Shown piece by piece: positions 26,308-32,000 of a DNA stretch of 32,000 nucleotides. Below the pieces are notes generated by a model, which ran no database searches, was not told the origin of the DNA, and worked only from the letters and a program-made list of their open reading frames with translations. A program made the translations under genes and the position numbers. Origin of the DNA: Candidatus Saccharimonadota bacterium (GTDB lineage: Bacteria > Patescibacteriota > Saccharimonadia > Saccharimonadales > Saccharimonadaceae); the NCBI RefSeq assembly GCF_025273655.1, contig NZ_CP045921.1:780001-812000 (forward strand), given 5' to 3'. Each line of letters starts with the position of its first letter. The first letter of the stretch is position 1.

Positions 26308-27772
26308 GCGGATCCTCGGTATGAAGATATATCTTAGGGAAGAGCACACCCTGATCGTGCACCACGCCGCCTTCGAACGTCGCACGTATCTTTTCGGCAA
26401 CACCCGGCATGAATGGCATGAGTAGGGCGGCAACTTGCTCAAGTGAGCCAACGCAGTTTTCTAGAATTTCCGCCAAATGTTCGGCCGCATCCGGATCTTC
26501 ATCTTTTTTCTTGGCTACTTCCCATGGCTTAACACTGTCGAGATACTGATTAACTGCACGAATCTCCGTCCACACTATGTCGAGTGCTTCGTTGAATTTA
26601 AGCGCGTCCATGGCATCTCGGTAGAGCTGGATGTCGTGCTCGCCCTTCTTCACTTCACCGATGACACCCGCCTGATAGCGAGTAATCATGCTGGCAATGC
26701 GCTGTACTAGATTGCCGAGATCGTTGCCGAGTTCGTTGTTATAGGCAGTTTCAAACTTCTCCCAGGTGAAGTCACCGTCATCTTGAGTAGGGATGTGACG
26801 TGCCATGTAGTAGCGAAACGCATCGAGACCGTAGCTATCGATTACCTCGTTTGGATCGATCACATTGCCGACTGTCTTGCTCATCTTTTTGCCATCGCTG
26901 CCTATGTGTCCATGCACAAGCAGTTTCTTTGGTAGCGGCAAATCGAGTGCCATGAGCATAGCAGGCCAGATGATCGCGTGAAAACGCAAGATGTCTTTGC
27001 CAATTACTTGCACATCAGCAGGCCAGTAGTCTTTCCATTCGTCGTGATCCGGATAACCCAATACCGTCAAATAGTTGCTCAGTGCGTCGACCCACACATA
27101 CATCACCTGGTTCGGATCGCCCGGCACACCGATTCCCCAACTAAGGTTTTTGCGCGGACGGGAAATACTAAGGTCTTCGAGGCCGTCTTTGATAAGATTC
27201 AGTACTTCGTTTTTGCGGAATTCTGGGACGATACGAAGCTTGTCGGTCTCGATAGCCTCTTGGATGCGCGGTGCAAATTCACTCAGTTTGAAGTAATAGT
27301 TTTCTTCACTGAGGCGTTCGTAGGGTACACCATGATCTGGTGAGATGCCGTTGTTCGCAGCCGCGACTTTGTCGCTCACGAACGACTCTTCACCCACACT
27401 GTACCAGCCTTCGTAGCTGCCTTTGTAGATATACAGTGCCATCTGCTGCCAGATATACTGTGCCGCACCTACGTGATGCTCGTCGCTAGTGCGGATGAAG
27501 TCTGTGTACTCGGCACCGACTTCACTCATGAGGTCTTTGAACGCGAGATGCGTCTCATCAACATATGCTTTCGGCTCTTTGCCCGCCTCTTTTGCTTTGG
27601 CGGCAATCTTGTTGCCATGCTCGTCAGTACCGACCTGCATGCGCACATCATGACCCAACTGGATCTGGTAGCGTCGCCATACATCTGCCAGCAGATAGTC
27701 CAGTGCATTGCCGATGTGTGGTTTGGCATTGGCATAGGGGATGGCGGTCGTGATGTATAGTTTTTTGCTCAT
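26282..27772 (-). CDS. metG: Methionine--tRNA ligase, short form (496 aa)
   Basis: The N-terminus is MSKKLYITTAIPYANAKPHIGNALDY (HIGH-type motif). It has the KMSKT motif (GKKMSKTVGN) and an anticodon-binding helical tail. Confidence 0.95.
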   Translation of the reverse strand: MSKKLYITTAIPYANAKPHIGNALDYLLADVWRRYQIQLGHDVRMQVGTDEHGNKIAAKAKEAGKEPKAYVDETHLAFKDLMSEVGAEYTDFIRTSDEHHVGAAQYIWQQMALYIYKGSYEGWYSVGEESFVSDKVAAANNGISPDHGVPYERLSEENYYFKLSEFAPRIQEAIETDKLRIVPEFRKNEVLNLIKDGLEDLSISRPRKNLSWGIGVPGDPNQVMYVWVDALSNYLTVLGYPDHDEWKDYWPADVQVIGKDILRFHAIIWPAMLMALDLPLPKKLLVHGHIGSDGKKMSKTVGNVIDPNEVIDSYGLDAFRYYMARHIPTQDDGDFTWEKFETAYNNELGNDLGNLVQRIASMITRYQAGVIGEVKKGEHDIQLYRDAMDALKFNEALDIVWTEIRAVNQYLDSVKPWEVAKKKDEDPDAAEHLAEILENCVGSLEQVAALLMPFMPGVAEKIRATFEGGVVHDQGVLFPKIYLHTEDPRAKHTTAS

Positions 27773-27780
27773 TACAGCTT

Positions 27781-27808
27781 ATTATACCAGTGTTTGCATA
27801 TTGCGTAA
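27781..27808 (-). promoter_or_regulatory. Promoter TTACGC-16-(TGg)TATAAT for metG, 8 nt from the ATG
   Basis: The minus strand reads TTACGCaatatgcaaacacTGGTATAATaagctgtaATG, with no SD. Confidence 0.6.
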
Positions 27809-27812
27809 TATA

Positions 27813-27841
27813 TTGAAAAATATAATCGGTATATGTATAAT
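27813..27841 (+). promoter_or_regulatory. Promoter TTGAAA-17-TATAAT for the plus-strand island genes
   Basis: The hexamers and the 17-nt spacer were read directly. A leader of about 90 nt follows. Confidence 0.55.
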
Positions 27842-27872
27842 CGAAGGCAAGCAAACACCGTTTGCCTAAAAC

Positions 27873-27894
27873 ACGAGGGTTACCTCGTCTTTTC
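27873..27894 (+). terminator. Terminator-like hairpin within the leader (ACGAGG-GTTA-CCTCGT followed by CTTTTC), a possible attenuator or the 3' end of a short RNA
   Basis: The stem is a perfect 6 bp with a 4-nt loop, followed by a T-run. It is flanked by two further hairpins at 27844-27867 and 27899-27915. Confidence 0.35.
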
Positions 27895-27938
27895 ATTCGT
27901 GAGCGTTATTCTCACCCAATATCAAGAAGAGGTGTGTC

Positions 27939-28325
27939 ATGGGTTTCATGCCCGGATGCAACAAACCCGACTGGAAGTGCCGAGCGGGAGACACATGCAG
28001 CTACTGCCAGCGTCAGCTGAACAGGGTCGCACAGGAAGCCGAGACTCCACCCCTACGTAATCGCAGTAGTCGTCAAGGACAAGCGACATACGGTAGAGGC
28101 AGCCAAAGTGGTGGCTACGGACGTTCAGCCTACAGCATGAGGAGCGGAACGTTCGATGGGCTGCCCTCGCTATCGCGAAAGCGAGATGATGGTGCAATCG
28201 AAATCTTCTATCAAGAAGGTTCGGTCGACATGGACGACGAGAGCCATGGGCATGCCGTCATCAAAGATGGGCGCCTGATCTACAAGCGTGAGCCCGGCGA
28301 GAAGTCTCCGGCTGTTGACCGCTGA
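27939..28325 (+). CDS. Hypothetical protein (128 aa) with an N-terminal four-Cys cluster (possible zinc ribbon) and an RG/SG-rich middle
   Basis: The ATG is preceded by GAGGTG. The N-terminus is C-x6-C-x5-C-x2-C (CNKPDWKCRAGDTCSYC). I recognise no family. Confidence 0.55.
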   Translation: MGFMPGCNKPDWKCRAGDTCSYCQRQLNRVAQEAETPPLRNRSSRQGQATYGRGSQSGGYGRSAYSMRSGTFDGLPSLSRKRDDGAIEIFYQEGSVDMDDESHGHAVIKDGRLIYKREPGEKSPAVDR

Positions 28326-28394
28326 ATCACACAAGACCTCGAGCCATGTCTAAGAACTGGCTCCCCCACCTTAATTCTAGACTATACTTATACT

Positions 28395-28769
28395 ATGCTC
28401 AATCACACTATTATCATTCTCGGACACTACATTTCCGATACACGGAAGGTCGGTAGATTCGACATATCGTCGATAGAAGCTATACGTGGAAACAACCCAG
28501 AAGACATCTTCTACATATGCACTGTTCAAGCAAACATATTCGTCATTTACGAGACTGACTACGTGGGTGATATTAGCTATATTTGCAAAGAAGTCTCTGA
28601 AATTATCGAAACAGATCAATCAAACTGTAAGCTACTCCTGCCAACAATAAGCAGCCGGCAGAGAAAGTCAGCTACCCACACAGAGGATGATAGCGTATAC
28701 ATACTTCGAGGAACTCACCCTACATACAAATATCTCGTCTTTGCTATCCATCGCAGCCCGTCCGAGTAG
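28395..28769 (+). CDS. Hypothetical protein (124 aa) in an AT-rich segment
   Basis: I prefer the plus frame over the antisense ORF 28377..28619 on codon choice. By my hand count, its two-fold pyrimidine-ending codons favour C about 2:1, as in metG, while the minus ORF favours T. A tandem TATACT TATACT lies directly upstream of the ATG. ATA codons are frequent. Confidence 0.4.
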   Translation: MLNHTIIILGHYISDTRKVGRFDISSIEAIRGNNPEDIFYICTVQANIFVIYETDYVGDISYICKEVSEIIETDQSNCKLLLPTISSRQRKSATHTEDDSVYILRGTHPTYKYLVFAIHRSPSE

Positions 28770-28810
28770 TCTATCAACTATTGATTTTGCCTAATAGTTT
28801 GCATGAGAGA

Positions 28811-29485
28811 TCAGCCTAACCGACACACAATCGCATGACGGCCAGGCTGTTTCCCACCACGAAGTGCAGCACTATGCGAGAAGAAGTCCGGATCGGTAAC
28901 AGTATCACGAGCATCGATAGCGATGTTGCTTCGCGAGACGCCAACAGCCATGAGTTGTTCGGCGGCAACGTCGTGCAGCGAGCGGTTTTCGAATCCATAG
29001 AGCGGGTAGTGCGCTTTGTCCGCAGCCGGGCTGAGATAGACCAGCAGTTCATCTGGCACCACACCAAATTGCGCCAGATAATCAACCGATTTCGTACCAC
29101 CCTGTTGCTCGAGATTATGGCGGCCAAGATGTGAGAGCATGAGAGTACGAGTAGGCGGATGATACAACACCGCAGCGATACAATCAGCGATAGGTAGAAA
29201 AAGCGCAATGTCAGACTGTCGTGTCACAAGCGCATCGGAAATTATATCTTGAGGCTGCACAAATCCCGCACCCGCCTCACCACTCGTCACTTCGTGATAC
29301 CGACAGAAATCAACCGTATCATACGAAAGCCGGAGCAGGACCGCCTGCACTGGCGAGATATCATGCTTAGCGAGAAATGTAGCTGTTGCTTGGTCGTGAA
29401 TCTCCGGCTCTGGAGTCAGACTCGAACGAAGCGACCCGTCGGCCGTGGTAGAGAGAATGATCTCGATATCAGGATGCAGCTGCAC
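28811..29485 (-). CDS. pgeF: YfiH/PgeF (DUF152) family purine nucleoside phosphorylase / peptidoglycan editing factor-like protein
   Basis: Motifs are SDALVTRQSDIALFLPIADCIAAVLY and MLSHLGRHNL (equivalent to the HAGWRG region). The His/Cys/His triad positions are retained. The start is uncertain: GTG 29485 follows GAGG, or the ORF may reach 29560. Confidence 0.75.
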   Translation of the reverse strand: MQLHPDIEIILSTTADGSLRSSLTPEPEIHDQATATFLAKHDISPVQAVLLRLSYDTVDFCRYHEVTSGEAGAGFVQPQDIISDALVTRQSDIALFLPIADCIAAVLYHPPTRTLMLSHLGRHNLEQQGGTKSVDYLAQFGVVPDELLVYLSPAADKAHYPLYGFENRSLHDVAAEQLMAVGVSRSNIAIDARDTVTDPDFFSHSAALRGGKQPGRHAIVCRLG

Positions 29486-30251
29486 GGTACGCCTCGGCCA
29501 GCCGTTTCCAGTCTTCGACAGACAGAGATTCGGCGCGTTCGTCAGGGGAGATATCAACACCAGCTAGTAGTGTATCAACATTGTCTTTGGCCATGCCAAG
29601 TCCACCGCTGAGGCTTGAGCGTAGCTTTTTACGCTTAGCACTGAAGCCAGCTTTGACAACACGAAAAAGCAATTTCTCGTCGACGCCGTCGGGCAATGTG
29701 AGCTGCTTAGTGCGCAACGTCACGACCTGCGAGTCGACTTTTGGCGGCGGCGTGAAGAGCTCGGCAGGCACTACGTCGCCGAGTGATACATCGGCATAGA
29801 GCTGTGCACTGACGGCCAGGATGCTCATGTCGCCGGGACGAGCGGCCACACGCTCGGCCACTTCTTTTTGGATAAGAAGTGTCACCACACTCGGCTGGTT
29901 ATCCTCTGTCATGAACTTCTGGATAATCTTGCTGGTGATGTAGTAGGGGACATTGGCTACGACTTTGTAGCCCGCGGGTAGATCGCGCGTATCATAGGCC
30001 AAGATATCACTGTGTACTACTTCGAGGTTTTTGCCAGGGAACTGACCCGGGAGCTTGCGTGCTAAGTCCGGGTCAAACTCAACCGCTATCACCTGCTCTG
30101 CCCTGCCGAGCAAGATAGAGGTGAGGGTACCGAGACCTGGACCGACTTCGAGCACTGTATCCTGCATGTTCACATTGGCTTCGTCAGCGATGTGATCAAG
30201 CACGAAGCGGTCATGAAGCCAGTGCTGGCCAAGCGATTTTTTGGTCGGCAC
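29469..30251 (-). CDS. rsmA: 16S rRNA (adenine1518/1519-N6)-dimethyltransferase RsmA/KsgA
   Basis: Motifs are KKSLGQHWLHD and the SAM motif VLEVGPGLGTLT. I place the start at GTG 30251, 1 nt after the upstream stop (TAG C GTG). Alternative starts are 30293 and 30323. Confidence 0.9.
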   Translation of the reverse strand: MPTKKSLGQHWLHDRFVLDHIADEANVNMQDTVLEVGPGLGTLTSILLGRAEQVIAVEFDPDLARKLPGQFPGKNLEVVHSDILAYDTRDLPAGYKVVANVPYYITSKIIQKFMTEDNQPSVVTLLIQKEVAERVAARPGDMSILAVSAQLYADVSLGDVVPAELFTPPPKVDSQVVTLRTKQLTLPDGVDEKLLFRVVKAGFSAKRKKLRSSLSGGLGMAKDNVDTLLAGVDISPDERAESLSVEDWKRLAEAYRAAAS

Positions 30252-30252
30252 G

Positions 30253-31473
30253 CTAGCGTCCGTCCCCGTTTGTCCAGTCGGTCGCGAGATCAAATCCGTG
30301 CGGATGCACCGCAGCGAAGCCACCAGTATCGTAGACTTTACCCGGCCCCATACTTGTCTCGACGACAGAGCAACGTGGGTAGTTGGACAGATTGGCTGCG
30401 ATAAGAATGTAGCCGTCTTTATCTACCTTGGCACCGTCGGCGCGGATGGTATAGTCACCGCCGCCACAGGCACCCATGGTCACGTTCATTGGGAGGTCGT
30501 AGTAGGTCTCACGGTGTGTCACACCCTTGCTATCGGTAAACTGCTGGGCGCCCTTGGATTTGGTGAGCGGATTGGCGCCTTTGCTGCCAATCACTTCTAC
30601 CTGCTCTTTTGGCTCGGTGAGTGTGACACTCTGGATGACCTTGCGACTCACCTCTCGCCCACCTTCACGGACGATTTCGTAGACCACGCTCTTTTTGCCC
30701 GTTGCACCCGGCGTTTGCACGGCACGATAGCTAGTCGGTTGGTCGGCATCGAGAATTTGGCGTGTCGCAAACGACACCTCTTCTTCGACCGTAGTCGTCT
30801 GGAGACCTTCTCGCCAGATCTCGATTGTCATGCCCGAAGTAACAAGTGTCGACTGTGGTACAGACACACTGTCTGTTGCGGTAAGTTTAACGCCTTTTTC
30901 CGTGAGCAGCTCACCCACAGTAGCAGCATGTGTGTAAATCTGGCTCGGCGCACCATAGAGCGAGAGCGTCACTGGTACTGCGCGATCGATGATAAGCTTA
31001 CTCCCCACTCCATCACTCAGCACGTCTTCCGACTGAGAAAGCATCAGGTTGTCTTCGTCGCGCACAGCTATGCCAGCATCTCTGGCAATATCGCTCGGTG
31101 CACTTGCCGGAGTGAGTACTTGCTCGCGCTTCATACCATCTACTACCATGACAGGACGCGCTCGGTAGATATTGACCGTGTAGTTCTGAGCTGCATAGAC
31201 AGTGTCAGCGGCAGGCTCCACACGGTCGTGGGTAGCGAGTGGAATTTCGGCTTGCCTCAGCGTATCGGCTACTGTTTGAGCTCGCGTGAGTACGACACGC
31301 TTTTGCCCCTGATCATAAATGGTGATGGCGTGTTGCTTGTCGCTCCGCGAGCTACTAGGCGACGCGGCAAATACAGTGCCGGTTGCGCCAACTGTCAGCA
31401 ACGCAAAAAGCGCCACGAACAAGCCAATTCGTGGCCGCATGAGTGACATTACACACATAGTTAGTAATTTCAT
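30253..31473 (-). CDS. YabE-like cell-wall protein with a signal/TM segment, DUF348 repeats, a G5 domain and a 3D (DPBB) domain
   Basis: The signal-like N-terminus is RPRIGLFVALFALLTVGATGTVFA. The G5 segment is YRAVQTPGATGKKSVVYEIVREGGREVSRKVIQ. The 3D tail is ETYYDLPMNVTMGACGGGDYTIRADGAKVDKDGYILIAAN...YDTGG. Confidence 0.85.
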   Translation of the reverse strand: MKLLTMCVMSLMRPRIGLFVALFALLTVGATGTVFAASPSSSRSDKQHAITIYDQGQKRVVLTRAQTVADTLRQAEIPLATHDRVEPAADTVYAAQNYTVNIYRARPVMVVDGMKREQVLTPASAPSDIARDAGIAVRDEDNLMLSQSEDVLSDGVGSKLIIDRAVPVTLSLYGAPSQIYTHAATVGELLTEKGVKLTATDSVSVPQSTLVTSGMTIEIWREGLQTTTVEEEVSFATRQILDADQPTSYRAVQTPGATGKKSVVYEIVREGGREVSRKVIQSVTLTEPKEQVEVIGSKGANPLTKSKGAQQFTDSKGVTHRETYYDLPMNVTMGACGGGDYTIRADGAKVDKDGYILIAANLSNYPRCSVVETSMGPGKVYDTGGFAAVHPHGFDLATDWTNGDGR

Positions 31474-31517
31474 AAGAGGTGGCGATGCTTCGTACTCTCA
31501 CAAAAGCTATCTATACC

Positions 31518-31546
31518 ATCATACCACATATGGAGCAATAATGCAA
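31518..31546 (-). promoter_or_regulatory. Promoter TTGCAT-17-(TGg)TATGAT for the yabE-like/rsmA/pgeF unit
   Basis: The minus strand reads TTGCATtattgctccatatgTGGTATGAT. It gives a leader of about 37 nt without an obvious SD. Confidence 0.55.
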
Positions 31547-31554
31547 GTATAGCA

Positions 31555-32000
31555 CTAGCGGTATATGTCTTGCAGACCAAGTTTGCGCGAGCATGACGGC
31601 CACGGCGACCAGCCGCGTGATTTATACGTCTGCCAGGCTTTTTCGTCTTGGACTGCCGGTGGTGCCAGCGAGGCGTTGGCATAGCCACCGAAGTTTGCCC
31701 AGGTGCTGATGTCGTACTGATATGCACCGTAATAGCCGTTGCCCGTATTGGAGGTATAGCTTCCCTCACACGAACGTAGCTGTGACAATGCACCGGCAAA
31801 GCCACCATTGGCCGTACTATCAATCTTGGCGCCGACCACTACTACTTCCTTCTGCGGTTGCTGGGTCACAACGCTCTGAATTTCTTTGCGTGCAACTTCT
31901 TGACCGTTTTTCATTGTCACTTCGTAGGTGACGGTTTTTTTACCTTTTACGCCAGGCGTACGCACTTGCTTGTAACCCACAGGTTGATCACCGTCCTGAA
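31555..32000 (-). CDS. RpfB-like protein, partial (N-terminus beyond the window): a G5 domain plus a C-terminal resuscitation-promoting-factor (Rpf) transglycosylase-like domain
   Basis: The frame is open to the window edge (QDGDQPVGYKQVRTPGVKGKKTVTYEV... is G5). The Rpf motif is LRSCEGSYTSNTGNGYYGAYQYDISTWANFGG ... GWSPWPSC. Confidence 0.85.
   Translation of the reverse strand, partial: QDGDQPVGYKQVRTPGVKGKKTVTYEVTMKNGQEVARKEIQSVVTQQPQKEVVVVGAKIDSTANGGFAGALSQLRSCEGSYTSNTGNGYYGAYQYDISTWANFGGYANASLAPPAVQDEKAWQTYKSRGWSPWPSCSRKLGLQDIYR

Noticed and set aside
28341-28363. The hairpin GAGCCA-n11-TGGCTC after the 128-aa ORF as a terminator
   Set aside because: It has a 6-bp stem with a large loop and is followed by CCCCACC rather than a T-run. 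It is too weak to call, and the two island ORFs may be co-transcribed.
28377-28619. An 80-aa minus-strand ORF (TTG start) in the AT-rich segment
   Set aside because: By my hand counts, its two-fold pyrimidine-ending codons prefer T, opposite to the host genes, whereas the overlapping plus ORF matches host preference. A stop lies immediately upstream, and the nearest SD-like AGGAG is 15 nt away. I still rate the plus ORF at low confidence only.
28650-28690. GGCAGAGAAAGTCAGCTACCCACACAGAGG, which resembles the RNase P RNA GAGGAAAGUCCGG core
   Set aside because: It is only a partial match. There is no room for the remaining 250+ nt of RNase P structure before the pgeF-like CDS, and no complementary P4 strand is visible.
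30241-31446. A 401-aa plus-strand ORF antisense to the YabE-like gene
   Set aside because: The translation is Cys/His/Arg-rich low-complexity sequence with no motifs. The opposite strand encodes clear DUF348/G5/3D domains, so this is a long antisense open frame of the kind codon bias produces.

Overview
The window is a gene-dense stretch (about 30 CDS) with no rRNA, tRNA, CRISPR array or transposase that I could find. It looks like a small-genome, Gram-positive-type bacterium. The standard genetic code applies, because TGA is used as a stop in the ATGA, TTGA and GTGA gene junctions. A Saccharibacteria/CPR-like origin is only my inference from gene content. Most genes are housekeeping or cell-envelope genes: obg, a LysM-CHAP hydrolase, mltG, ruvX, an FtsA-family actin-fold gene with a bitopic membrane partner, a short alaS, a MacB-type ABC pair, cysteine desulfurase-DUF218-mnmA, metG-tatD, pgeF-like, rsmA, and tandem YabE-like and RpfB-like G5 proteins. 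The accessory content has three parts. First, 10.45-19.97 kb holds a surface-glycan locus: a secreted DUF1616-like protein, GT2, GT4, a GT4-GT4 fusion, a roughly 17-TM GT-C-like protein, a Wzx flippase and a pyruvyl transferase. Second, about 1 kb of plus-strand sequence at 27.8-28.8 kb interrupts a minus-strand housekeeping array, and part of it is AT-rich. Third, an orphan gene plus the FtsA-like/membrane pair sits inside the alaS...ruvX-mltG neighbourhood. Two expression-level signals also stand out. Most first genes of transcription units have a (TGn)TATAAT box only 6-11 nt from the ATG, so they look leaderless, whereas internal genes use clear Shine-Dalgarno (SD) sites. Two exported proteins appear to start at AUU/AUC codons placed behind strong SD sites. 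All functional calls rest on motifs I read in the translations; I ran no database search.
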